Origin: an uncultured Candidatus Saccharibacteria bacterium
GTDB taxonomy: Bacteria > Patescibacteriota > Minisyncoccia > Phycocordibacterales > EsbW-18
DNA length: 64,000 nt
Assembly (NCBI GenBank): GCA_964478705.1
Contig: CAYZIR010000004.1
Span: forward strand, 2,905-66,904
Reading direction: 5' to 3'
Made by a program: the position numbers and the translations under genes. Positions within the stretch are counted from its first letter, which is position 1. The number at the start of each line of letters is the position of its first letter. The notes beneath the pieces were generated by a model. That model was not told where the DNA came from. It saw nothing but the letters and a program-made list of their open reading frames with translations, and did not search any database. This document shows, in pieces, positions 48,419 to 57,573 of this stretch.

Positions 48419-49432
48419 ATGTCCCGCATCGCTATCAATGGTTTTGGACGCATCGGTCGCGCATTCTTCAAACTCGCACTTAAATATCCTGAACTCGACA
48501 TCGTCGCGGTGAATGACCTCGGCGACCTGCACAATCTTGCATACCTTTTGAAATACGACAGCGCATATGGCAAGAGCGATTTGGATGTTGAAGCTGGGGA
48601 TGGGAAGCTCACCGTGAACGGCAAAGATATCGCAGTCTTCCAGGAAAAAGACCCAAGCGCGCTCCCATGGAAGAAATTGGATGTTGATGTTGTTGTTGAA
48701 TCTTCCGGTTTCTTCACCGATGTTGCTGACGCAAAGAAGCATATTGATGCGGGTGCAAAGAAAGTCGTTATCACCGCTCCTATGAAAGGCGAGGCAGAAG
48801 GAATTGAAAGCGCGACGGTTTTGATGGGTGTGAATGAAGAGAAGCTGAAGACGTGCGACATCACGTCAAACGCATCGTGCACCACGAACGCGGCTTCTCC
48901 GGTGATTCAAGTACTCCATGAAGCAATCGGTATCGAAAAAGCACTCTTAAATACCACACACGGATACACGCAATCACAAAGTTTGCAGGACGGTCCGAAG
49001 AAAGACTGGCGCGAAGGACGCGCAGCGGCAGCGAACATTGTTCCCACATCAACCGGTGCTGCGATTGCAGTAACGAAAGCGATTACGGATCTTGAAGGAA
49101 AGTTCGACGGAATTTCTTTGCGCGTGCCGGTGATTGTGGGCTCGATTGCGGACGTTACCTTTATTGCAAAACGAAATACCACAGCGGATGAAGTGAACGA
49201 CATACTCCGTCGCGCAGCAAAAGACTCTCGCTGGCAGGGAATTCTCAAAGTCACCGAGGAGCCGTTGGTGTCGTCTGACATCGTTGGAGAACTCTATGGA
49301 TCGATTGTTGATACGTCGATGACGCGCGTTGTTGATGGCAACCTTGTGAAGGTGCTTGCGTGGTACGACAACGAGATGGGGTATACCGCGACACTTGTCG
49401 ATCATGTCCGCAAGCTCGCGCAGAATATTTAA
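48419..49432 (+). CDS. gap: Type I glyceraldehyde-3-phosphate dehydrogenase
   Basis: INGFGRIGR, SNASCTTN, PTSTGAA, WYDNE.GY. Confidence 0.98.
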   Translation: MSRIAINGFGRIGRAFFKLALKYPELDIVAVNDLGDLHNLAYLLKYDSAYGKSDLDVEAGDGKLTVNGKDIAVFQEKDPSALPWKKLDVDVVVESSGFFTDVADAKKHIDAGAKKVVITAPMKGEAEGIESATVLMGVNEEKLKTCDITSNASCTTNAASPVIQVLHEAIGIEKALLNTTHGYTQSQSLQDGPKKDWREGRAAAANIVPTSTGAAIAVTKAITDLEGKFDGISLRVPVIVGSIADVTFIAKRNTTADEVNDILRRAAKDSRWQGILKVTEEPLVSSDIVGELYGSIVDTSMTRVVDGNLVKVLAWYDNEMGYTATLVDHVRKLAQNI

Positions 49433-49443
49433 TTTCTCATAGT

Positions 49444-50520
49444 ATGGAATTTCAAAAGAGCTTAGCGCAGCGGTTCCTTGAGGGTGTAAGTATTCTCTAT
49501 GTTGGTCTCGGAGTGGTCGGAGGTTCTCTATTGGGTTCGGCGTTTGGCCTATTGATATCAAGAGTGGTTGTTATCATCCCTTCCCACACCATACTATTTC
49601 TAGCCAATTATGATCAGGATGAATATTTGTTTGTTTCTATCATTCTTTTCGCTTTTCTCGCTGTTCTCTTCGGTGTCTTAGCGTGGAGATCTGTGAGAAA
49701 TATAGGCGCCGGCAAAGAAAAGCTGAGCGACTCTTTCTGGCTATTTCTTTTACCACTCGGTTTTGTTATGGCTGTTGGGAATATACTCGCTCCTATTACA
49801 TGGGTGGCACGAGAGGCGTCTCTGAACCCATCAGCAATACTGAGCGGGTTTTCCTTAAGTTGGTATTCTTCGGAAGGGATATTTCTTCCACTCGTGTCTT
49901 TTTTGTGGGCAATTGTCTACTATTTTGTATTCTCTCGCTTCTCAAAGGAAATAAACGTGCGGTATGGAACGGAACCAAAAAGAACAGTGCCGATGCTCTA
50001 CGTGAGAGGTGTTGTACACGGGCTACTCCTCGGTGTATCGATTGTATCTTTCCTTCCAGCTTCTTTACTGCTCGGTGGCGATGGATGGGTTGCAGTAGTC
50101 GCGAATGTTTTCTCTCTGATTCCGTTAGAGACTTCTCAGGGTGCATTATCCGTAGTTGTTGTAACTCTTGTGCAATACGGTGTGGTTGGCGGAGTGCTAC
50201 TCGGTACATATTTTTCGATTTCTCAAAAATATCCCGAAAAGACGTATATCAGAGCATGCCCTTGGATTTTCGGTGTCCTCCTTTTTCTTCTGTTCCTTCC
50301 AAGAATAGCGCTTACTATGTATGATCAGACATACGAGTATCTTACTTCAGAAAAGGCCAATTATTTTTTGGAAGAGTGTCATGCACGTGAAATCCTGAGA
50401 CCAACACAGGAGTGTGCACCTTCTGGTTTTTTCCCATTAGTTGACCCACAATGTCTTGCTAGTATGGAAGTTGTGGGTGCCTGCGTCGACACCCATCACG
50501 AATTACTGAAATTAAAGTAA
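49444..50520 (+). CDS. Hypothetical polytopic membrane protein
   Basis: About 7 TM segments; 4-Cys C-terminal domain. Confidence 0.65.
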   Translation: MEFQKSLAQRFLEGVSILYVGLGVVGGSLLGSAFGLLISRVVVIIPSHTILFLANYDQDEYLFVSIILFAFLAVLFGVLAWRSVRNIGAGKEKLSDSFWLFLLPLGFVMAVGNILAPITWVAREASLNPSAILSGFSLSWYSSEGIFLPLVSFLWAIVYYFVFSRFSKEINVRYGTEPKRTVPMLYVRGVVHGLLLGVSIVSFLPASLLLGGDGWVAVVANVFSLIPLETSQGALSVVVVTLVQYGVVGGVLLGTYFSISQKYPEKTYIRACPWIFGVLLFLLFLPRIALTMYDQTYEYLTSEKANYFLEECHAREILRPTQECAPSGFFPLVDPQCLASMEVVGACVDTHHELLKLK

Positions 50521-50522
50521 CT

Positions 50523-50966
50523 ATGAAAATCGCACTCGCTGCAGATCACGCAGGGTTCGCTCTGAAGGAAGACTTGAAGAAATTCCTCGAAGCGGAAGGC
50601 CACAGTGTTTTTGATTATGGCGCAGAGAGCTACAGTGAGCTCGATGACTACCCTGATTTTATTGTTCCTGCTGTTCGTGCGGTTGCAAACGACGAAGTTG
50701 AACGCGCAATCGTGATGGGCGCTTCTGGTCAAGGAGAAGCAATGGTCGCGAATCGCATCAATGGGGTTCGGGCAGCGGTTTTTTATGGAGGGGATGAGGA
50801 CATCGTCCGGCTTTCCCGTGAACACAATGACGCAAATACGCTTTCGCTAGGAGCCCGGTTTATCGACTTCGAAGAGGCAAAAGATATCGTCACGCTCTGG
50901 CTCGCGACTGAATTTTCGGGTGACGAGCGTCATATTCGCCGTATCAAAAAACTCGATAGTCATTAG
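50523..50966 (+). CDS. rpiB: Ribose-5-phosphate isomerase B
   Basis: ADHAGF.LK, DDYPD, ANR..GVRAA, REHNDAN, RHIRRI. Confidence 0.93.
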   Translation: MKIALAADHAGFALKEDLKKFLEAEGHSVFDYGAESYSELDDYPDFIVPAVRAVANDEVERAIVMGASGQGEAMVANRINGVRAAVFYGGDEDIVRLSREHNDANTLSLGARFIDFEEAKDIVTLWLATEFSGDERHIRRIKKLDSH

Positions 50967-50984
50967 TGATAAGTCATTAGTCAT
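50957..50984 (+). repeat. Heptamer array (TAGTCAT-like x4), left arm
   Basis: TAGTCAT TAGTGAT AAGTCAT TAGTCAT. Confidence 0.85.
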
Positions 50985-50989
50985 CAGAA

Positions 50990-51355
50990 ATGAACGGAGG
51001 ATACCAAAACCTTATTGTCTGGGAAAAATCAATGGAGCTTGCACAACAGGTGTATCGTTTGACTGAAACATTTCCTACAGCAGAACAATATGGCATTACG
51101 TCACAAATGCGTCGAGCAGCAGTATCAATTCCTTCAAATATTGCAGAAGGTAGTAAGCGAGGCACTATCAAAGATTTTAAAAATTTTCTCCGAACCGCTC
51201 TTGGTTCACTTGCTGAACTCGAAACACAGATCGCTCTCTCCCGTTCATTTGGTTTCGGTAAATCAAGTGCCTATCAGGCTATCGATGGACTTTGTGTTGA
51301 AGTTTCAAAAATGCTTACCGCAATGATTATTAAAGGTCACCTTTCTTGTGACTAA
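50990..51355 (+). CDS. Four-helix-bundle protein (23S rRNA-IVP/bAvd-like family)
   Basis: YQNLIVWEKSM, FP..E.YG.TSQMRRAAVSIPSNIAEG, A.GS.AELETQ. Confidence 0.95.
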   Translation: MNGGYQNLIVWEKSMELAQQVYRLTETFPTAEQYGITSQMRRAAVSIPSNIAEGSKRGTIKDFKNFLRTALGSLAELETQIALSRSFGFGKSSAYQAIDGLCVEVSKMLTAMIIKGHLSCD

Positions 51356-51375
51356 AGACTCTAGACTTATGACTA
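51348..51375 (-). repeat. Inverted heptamer array x4, right arm
   Basis: GTGACTA AAGACTC TAGACTT ATGACTA; ATGACTA is the reverse complement of TAGTCAT. Confidence 0.8.
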
Positions 51376-52049
51376 TCGAAATTGTTCCCGCGATACTTCC
51401 TGATTCGTTTGAAGATCTTGAAGCAAAGGCTACGAGAGTGAAAGGTCTTGTGCCGCGAATGCAGATAGATATCGCGAACGGTTCATATGCTCCGACACAG
51501 ACATGGCCGTATACAAATGAAGGTCATTTGGCGCGTCTTCTCTCGCAGGATGAGGGGTTGCCGTTCTGGGAAGACCTTTCCTATGAGGTCGACATGTTGA
51601 TTGCGAATCCAGAAGATGTGCTTGACCAGTGGATCGACATCGGTGTTGACGCGGTGATTGTACATATCGAAAGCACCAATGAGTATTCTCTAATTCTGCA
51701 GAAAGCCAGAACACGCGGGGTAGAGGTGGGGTGGGCACTAAAACCCTCAACACCAAATCAGAAACTTTTCGATGTCATTGAGTCTACTGGCGAAATGCCG
51801 GACTTCATACAAGTCATGGGTAATGACACTATTGGTCACTCCGGAGTCGAGCTCGATGAGTCCGTATACCAAAAAATTGGTGGCATTCGCGCAAAATATC
51901 CGGAGATTCCTATCGCTGTTGATATCGGTGTGAATGAAGACACGGCGGAGGCGCTTGTTGATGCTGGGGCGACAAAACTTGTTGCAGGCTCGGCGATCTT
52001 CGACGCCCCAGATGTAACCGAGGCAATTCAGGCTTTCAGCAACCTGTGA
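51369..52049 (+). CDS. rpe: Ribulose-phosphate 3-epimerase
   Basis: IVPAIL, QIDIANG, VHIES, AVDIGVN, AGA..LVAGSAIF; pentose-phosphate gene context. Confidence 0.85.
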   Translation: MTIEIVPAILPDSFEDLEAKATRVKGLVPRMQIDIANGSYAPTQTWPYTNEGHLARLLSQDEGLPFWEDLSYEVDMLIANPEDVLDQWIDIGVDAVIVHIESTNEYSLILQKARTRGVEVGWALKPSTPNQKLFDVIESTGEMPDFIQVMGNDTIGHSGVELDESVYQKIGGIRAKYPEIPIAVDIGVNEDTAEALVDAGATKLVAGSAIFDAPDVTEAIQAFSNL

Positions 52050-52066
52050 GGTGCTACAATAATTGA

Positions 52067-52927
52067 ATGAATCTTAGTGACGAACAGCTCAAAGCGCTCG
52101 AGCTCAAAGCGAACGACATTCGCATCTCCTTGATTGATATGCTTGAGGACGCAGGGAGCGGGCACACCGCAGGCCCCTTGGACATGGCGGATATCTTCAC
52201 CGCGTTTTATTTTCATATCCTGAAGCACGATCCGAAGAATCCGGCATGGGAAGAACGCGATCGTTTGATTCTCTCAAATGGTCACATTGTTCCTATCCGC
52301 TACGCCACAATGGCGCACGCGGGGTACTTTCCGCTCGAAGAATTGAAAACACTCCGAAAGTTCGGTAGTCGCCTCCAAGGACATCCCGAGCGAGAACGAT
52401 TACCCGGTCTTGAAACAACGTCGGGTCCTCTTGGGTCCGGTCTCTCGCAGGCAGCGGGGTATGCCTATGGCGCTCGGATGGACGGAAAGAAATTTCGCGT
52501 TTACTGCGCAATGTCTGACGGCGAGCTTCAAGCGGGGAACACGTGGGAAGGCGCGATGTTTGCGGGCAATAACAAACTCTCAAACCTGACCGCGGTGATT
52601 GACCGCAACAATATTCAAATTGACGGTATGACGGAAAATGTGATGCCACTTGAACCCCTGGCCGACAAATGGTGCGCATTCAATTGGCACGTGATTGAAG
52701 TAGATGGTCACAACATCCGCGCATTCATCGATGCGGTCGAGGAAGCAAAAGCGATTGTTGAGAAGCCAACGGTGATCATCGCACACACAATCGCGGGAAA
52801 GGGAATTAAAGAGATTGAATATGACTACCACTGGCACGGTAAACCACCGACCAAAGAGGAAGAAGGTAAATTCCTTAAAGAGTTGCGAACACTCAAGGGT
52901 ACGATAGAAGCAAGCCATAATGATTAA
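52067..52927 (+). CDS. Transketolase, N-terminal subunit
   Basis: SGH, RDRLILSNGH, LQGHP, SDGELQ.G..WE, DRNNIQIDG. Confidence 0.95.
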   Translation: MNLSDEQLKALELKANDIRISLIDMLEDAGSGHTAGPLDMADIFTAFYFHILKHDPKNPAWEERDRLILSNGHIVPIRYATMAHAGYFPLEELKTLRKFGSRLQGHPERERLPGLETTSGPLGSGLSQAAGYAYGARMDGKKFRVYCAMSDGELQAGNTWEGAMFAGNNKLSNLTAVIDRNNIQIDGMTENVMPLEPLADKWCAFNWHVIEVDGHNIRAFIDAVEEAKAIVEKPTVIIAHTIAGKGIKEIEYDYHWHGKPPTKEEEGKFLKELRTLKGTIEASHND

Positions 52928-53909
52928 CAAAAACGCACAACTAAATCCGAAGCTCTTCGACAAGGATGTCGAACAAAAACCGACCCGTGACGGCTTTGGT
53001 ACAGGGCTCGTGGAGGCAGGAAAAGCGGATTCGCGTGTTGTTGCGCTCTGCGCTGACCTCACCGAATCAACCCGCGTCGAATGGTTTCAAAAAGAATTTC
53101 CTGACCGATACATCGAAATTGGTGTCGCAGAACAAAACCTCGCAACCGTTGCATCAGGGCTCGCGAACTACGGCAAAATTCCATTCATCACAAGTTACTC
53201 AACGTTCTCTCCGGGACGAAACAACGAACAGATCAGAACAACGATCGCGATTAACAATGTGCCGGTGAAAATCGTCGGATGTCACGCAGGTATTTCCGTT
53301 GGCCCCGACGGCGCGACGCACCAGGCGCTTGAGGATATCGGATTGATGCGTATGCTTCCACGAATGGTGGTGATTGTCCCTGCGGACAGTGTGGAAGCCC
53401 ACAAAGCAACTCTTGCGGCCGCAAAAACCAATACGCCAGTCTATATTCGTCTCGGCCGTTCGAACACACCGGTAATGACAACAAAAGAAACACCCTTTGA
53501 AATCGGCAAAGCATATCGTGTGTGGGAATCCGCAGAACCAAAAGTCGCCTTGATCGCAACCGGCGCATTACTCCATGAAGCGCTCAAAGCCGCCAAAGTG
53601 CTCGACGAAGAAGGGATTGGAAGTGTTGTCGTGAATCTTCACACTGTGAAGCCGCTTGATCAAGAAACGATTCTTGCCGTTGCGAAGCAGTGTGGTCGTG
53701 TCGTGACAATCGAAGAACATCAAGTCGCAGGTGGAGTGGGAAGTGCTGTTGCAGAGGTTCTTTCAGCGCATCATCCCGTTCCGATGGCGTTTATCGGGGT
53801 TCACGATCAGTTTGGTCAATCAGGAACACCTGCGGAGCTTATCAAGCATTACAAAATGGATGCGGACTCGATTGCTGCAGCGGTAAGGAAGGTAATCAAT
53901 CGACAATAA
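52920..53909 (+). CDS. Transketolase, C-terminal subunit
   Basis: GVAEQN, GPDGATHQ, TVKPLD, EEHQ..GG.GS, FGQSG. Confidence 0.95.
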   Translation: MINKNAQLNPKLFDKDVEQKPTRDGFGTGLVEAGKADSRVVALCADLTESTRVEWFQKEFPDRYIEIGVAEQNLATVASGLANYGKIPFITSYSTFSPGRNNEQIRTTIAINNVPVKIVGCHAGISVGPDGATHQALEDIGLMRMLPRMVVIVPADSVEAHKATLAAAKTNTPVYIRLGRSNTPVMTTKETPFEIGKAYRVWESAEPKVALIATGALLHEALKAAKVLDEEGIGSVVVNLHTVKPLDQETILAVAKQCGRVVTIEEHQVAGGVGSAVAEVLSAHHPVPMAFIGVHDQFGQSGTPAELIKHYKMDADSIAAAVRKVINRQ

Positions 53910-53912
53910 TAT

Positions 53913-54386
53913 ATGAAACTTTTTAAATTTCTTCTCGTTGGTGTGATTGTCGCCGGAGTCTGGGGAATATATGCCTGGTCTATAAGAAAGCATGAAGACG
54001 GCGTAAATCCTTCTTCGCAAATTTCGCAAGAGGAAACACAAGAACTAAAAAACTTGGTTTTTACAAACGTCAAAGCATGGCTAAAGATCGAAAACCCAAC
54101 AGTTGACAATATTGTAACTATTGAAGAAATAAATGCGTCAACTACAGCGGCAAAAGGCAAGTGGATTGATACTAAAGGATATCCTGGAAATGATGACTAC
54201 GGAGTAATTCATTCAGACTGGATTGCTTGGAGAATGGAGGGAGGTGCTTGGGAGGTGGTGCCCGGAGGTTATTATCATTTTGATTGTTCTGACTTAGACA
54301 GAATACCTCCTCGTTTTGACGATTTTTTTCGCGCAGTGATCTATGGACCAACAGGAGAACGAACGTGTACTTATTCTGGAATATAA
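53913..54386 (+). CDS. Hypothetical membrane-anchored protein
   Basis: N-terminal TM helix; more AT-rich than its neighbours. Confidence 0.65.
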   Translation: MKLFKFLLVGVIVAGVWGIYAWSIRKHEDGVNPSSQISQEETQELKNLVFTNVKAWLKIENPTVDNIVTIEEINASTTAAKGKWIDTKGYPGNDDYGVIHSDWIAWRMEGGAWEVVPGGYYHFDCSDLDRIPPRFDDFFRAVIYGPTGERTCTYSGI

Positions 54387-54431
54387 TATTCCTCACACAC
54401 ACGAGTTATGAATTTTAAAATTGCCTTCTAT

Positions 54432-54491
54432 AAGCACTACAAAATGGATGCGGAGTCGATTGTTGAGGCAAGCAAAAAATTGATCGGATAA
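54432..54491 (+). pseudogene. Duplicated 3' end of the transketolase C-terminal gene
   Basis: KHYKMDAESIVEASKKLIG* versus KHYKMDADSIAAAVRKVINRQ*; 31/34 nt identical to 53844-53877. Confidence 0.75.
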
Positions 54492-54500
54492 TATTCTGAT

Positions 54501-55277
54501 ATGAAAAAGTACATGGGTACAATTGATATACTTCTCCTCTTTCTTCTGCCAGCTCTTGCCGTCTTTTTATCTTTAAAATTCAATCTCAATTTGTTGCTGG
54601 GAACACTTCTGTTTTTTGGAGTCCCAGCGGTATATCTAGGCGTTCGGCGTTCCTACGGATTCAAGAAGGCGCTACTATTCACAAGCCTCTTTTTTGTGCC
54701 ATTTACGCTCATCGTGGATCACATCGGAGTTCTTGATGGGAGTTGGCTTGTTCCACAGACAATCTTCCCATTTCGTTTGTTAGGGACGGTGCCATTGGAA
54801 GATTTTTTCATTTCCTTCACGACAATGATGTTTGTCGTGCTGTTCTATCAGCATTTTCTAGATAGGGAAAGACGTCGTCTCTTCTACCCAAGACTTCACA
54901 CTCTCGTCGTTATTCTCCTTTCGTGTCTGGCCCTTTTTTTCACTGTTTTCCTTTTGTCACCGTCTTCCCTCAGCATTCCCTACGCCTATGTGTATATCGG
55001 TTTCCTGGGCATTGTCCCAACCGCCTGCTTCTTGTATAAGCACCCAAACTTTTTCAAAAAGTTTGCGATAGTGGGTCTATATTTTTTTCTCGTCCTCCTT
55101 TTCTTTGAGCTTGTTGGCATTGAACTCGGGTGGTGGGTATTTCCAGGAACCAACTTTCTTGGGTGGGTGCATATTCTCCAATACAAATTTCCCCTCGAAG
55201 AATTTATTCTATGGATCGGGTTATTCCCTGTCGGTATAGTGACGTATTACGAGTTCTTTGATGATGATGAAAAATAG
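54501..55277 (+). CDS. Lycopene-cyclase-domain membrane protein (two repeats)
   Basis: Two W...G..PLE(D/E)F repeats (GTVPLEDFF, FPLEEFIL). Confidence 0.75.
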   Translation: MKKYMGTIDILLLFLLPALAVFLSLKFNLNLLLGTLLFFGVPAVYLGVRRSYGFKKALLFTSLFFVPFTLIVDHIGVLDGSWLVPQTIFPFRLLGTVPLEDFFISFTTMMFVVLFYQHFLDRERRRLFYPRLHTLVVILLSCLALFFTVFLLSPSSLSIPYAYVYIGFLGIVPTACFLYKHPNFFKKFAIVGLYFFLVLLFFELVGIELGWWVFPGTNFLGWVHILQYKFPLEEFILWIGLFPVGIVTYYEFFDDDEK

Positions 55278-55322
55278 TTGAGGTGAAAATAAAAAACAAA
55301 AAGACCCTGCAACTGCAGGGTC

Positions 55323-56105
55323 TTACTCCAACTTCTTCTTGAGCTTCTCGGCATACGCGAACACAATCGCGACATACTTTGGGTCAGGATTGTATCTGAA
55401 TACTGCTCGGCGGGGATTCTTTGCCCAACCTGTTGCATCAAGGTAGTGTGCGATGCTCGCGGTTGCGTCCGCGAGATTCCACATGAGGTCAACCTTGCCA
55501 TCTCCGTCGCCATCAACTGCAAGTCGGAGCGACGCGGGAATGAAATGGGGATAGCCGAATGCTGCAGCACGCGTGCCGAGCACGTTGCACACATCCCACC
55601 CGCTCGTATGCGCCATCTGCATGAACGGCATAATCTCTTCGTTGAAGATCTTCGCCCTCCGTGCGTTGCCGGACTTGCCGTCGACGACCTTCTGATACCT
55701 CTCGAAAAGAGTCCGGATGACGGGTACTCCCGCCCGATTCTCTCCGAAATCCGACTCAATCCGCAGAATCCCAAGGATGATGAAGGGGAGAAGCGGATCA
55801 TCACTGGAGCGCTTCGCTGATGCGCGGATAGTGCTCTCGTTGTAGCGAAAGAACATTTCTCCACGCGCGACAGAGACATCGCTCATCACGTTCGCAGAGA
55901 GTTCTCCCCATGTCCGCAAGACCGGCTGGGCGACTTCTCGGCCTGCGCACATGTCTTGGTGGTTGAAGACATTCGTCACCCAGACCGGATCGAAATGCTT
56001 TGCGAGTTCGGCCGACAAATCCTTCTGTCGCTCCGTCGGCGTATGTGCGCTCAAAGAGTTGGTAAAGAACACGCAAACGATGACTGCGCTCAAAAGCGTT
56101 CGCAT
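55323..56105 (-). CDS. Lytic murein transglycosylase (MltB/SLT_2-like), secreted
   Basis: ILRIESDFG, A.AFGYPHFIP.S, AVDGDGDGKVDL, ASIAHYL, RYN...Y. Confidence 0.88.
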   Translation of the reverse strand: MRTLLSAVIVCVFFTNSLSAHTPTERQKDLSAELAKHFDPVWVTNVFNHQDMCAGREVAQPVLRTWGELSANVMSDVSVARGEMFFRYNESTIRASAKRSSDDPLLPFIILGILRIESDFGENRAGVPVIRTLFERYQKVVDGKSGNARRAKIFNEEIMPFMQMAHTSGWDVCNVLGTRAAAFGYPHFIPASLRLAVDGDGDGKVDLMWNLADATASIAHYLDATGWAKNPRRAVFRYNPDPKYVAIVFAYAEKLKKKLE

Positions 56106-56154
56106 CGATGACTCCTTATGGAAAAGGGTTCAAATCTAGCTCTAAGTATACTCT

Positions 56155-57153
56155 CTATGAGACGATGTCCACCTTGTAATCGGTAGGAGCATCTTTGAGA
56201 TATGTTTCAAGTTTTTCGTGCGAGAGAAGACCTTTTTGTGCACCGATTCCTTGCACTACCGACATTGAGTTCACCGGTCCCCAGGAAAGGGCGGTTTCAA
56301 GGGATTCGCCAAGCGCTAGTGCAACAACAACTGTTGAGGCAAATGCGTCGCCGGCGCCAGTCCGGTCAAGCGGTTTTGCAGGGTCTGGGTACATCGGTGT
56401 TTTCAAAAGTGTGCCATTTTCTCGTTCATACATATATGCGCCGTTTGGTCCATCGGTGAGACAGACAATTTTGGGACCAAGTTCTGAGAGGCCTTTTGCA
56501 AGTTCTTGTACATCGTGCGACTCGCTACCAAGAATGTGCTTCGCCTCGTCTTTGTTGCAGAAAAAGATTTCTGCGCGCGCATAAATGCGCGCGAGCTTCT
56601 CCTTGCCGAGTTTTATCTGAAATGTTCCTGGCTGAAAGGCGAGCTTCACGCTCGGATTTGCTTCGAGGTAGTCTGCAATCAGTTCGTGGAAGGGCTCGGT
56701 GTGATCTCCTAGTGATGAAAGATATATCCAATCGGGAGCGTCGAATGTCGGGAGCTTGTAATCGTATGCCTGGTGATTGATGAGAATAGTTCGTTCGCCT
56801 TCGTAGAGGAGTACAAAGTGGTGGTTGCTGAGTTTGTCTTCGTGTACGCGAATTAGTGACGTGTGAACATTTTCTGCAGAAAGGTGTTCGAGCATTTTTT
56901 CACCGAGATAGTCGTCCCCGATATTTGAGACCAAATAACTCTCAAGTCCTAAACGCTTTGCAGCAACCGCAGCATTTGCAGCATTTCCAACCGCAAACAC
57001 TGTCTCAAGAGATTTGTAGGGTACCTTATCGCCAAAACGCATGGAAATCTCACAGGCCTCAGTATCAATCCTACAGTTCACGTGTGCGTCTTGAAGCGTA
57101 ATGAAATCGTCTGTCACGGTATCGCCGATAGCGATAAAGGTCGGTGTTTTCAT
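56155..57153 (-). CDS. PfkB-family carbohydrate kinase
   Basis: GNAANAA, N..EA, TDGPNG, DRTGAGDAF. Confidence 0.92.
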   Translation of the reverse strand: MKTPTFIAIGDTVTDDFITLQDAHVNCRIDTEACEISMRFGDKVPYKSLETVFAVGNAANAAVAAKRLGLESYLVSNIGDDYLGEKMLEHLSAENVHTSLIRVHEDKLSNHHFVLLYEGERTILINHQAYDYKLPTFDAPDWIYLSSLGDHTEPFHELIADYLEANPSVKLAFQPGTFQIKLGKEKLARIYARAEIFFCNKDEAKHILGSESHDVQELAKGLSELGPKIVCLTDGPNGAYMYERENGTLLKTPMYPDPAKPLDRTGAGDAFASTVVVALALGESLETALSWGPVNSMSVVQGIGAQKGLLSHEKLETYLKDAPTDYKVDIVS

Positions 57154-57221
57154 GATGTTCATTCTACCAGACGCAAAGCGAGACCCCGAAGGGTCTCGTA
57201 CTGAAGAGGGAACGAGTGGCT

Positions 57222-57488
57222 CTAGAAGACCAAAGCAAAGAGGTCAGAAGAAAAATGGAAGACTCCCTTGATCTCGACACGCCTGCCATTTTCGTCCACG
57301 AGAGTGAGAGACTGCAACCCCTGCTTCTCGACTTGGTCGGGTGGGTTGTCCGTTACTCTATGGACAACAAGTGTGCCGGGATAGTGACTCCATAGATTAT
57401 TCGGGGCACTATCCCTGAAACGAACCCGATCCCCCACATTGAAGGATTTCTCGCCGTGTTGAACGGCGCCATGACATAGTAGGCACAT
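57222..57488 (-). CDS. Small hypothetical protein (SH3/KOW-like)
   Basis: SD AAGGAG; FNVGDRVR; hairpin 57178-57199. Confidence 0.55.
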   Translation of the reverse strand: MCLLCHGAVQHGEKSFNVGDRVRFRDSAPNNLWSHYPGTLVVHRVTDNPPDQVEKQGLQSLTLVDENGRRVEIKGVFHFSSDLFALVF

Positions 57489-57573
57489 GGTCGTTCTCCT
57501 TGTCCGTTGTCCGCATGGATTTAATCATTGTAATCCACACAAGTCAATGAAATCGAGGTGTTACACTACAAAT

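Noticed and set aside
50990-51355. Diversity-generating retroelement (Avd-like gene)
   Set aside because: No reverse transcriptase and no TR/VR pair with adenine-specific mismatches seen; the 60-bp repeat at 63.3/63.7 kb is exact.
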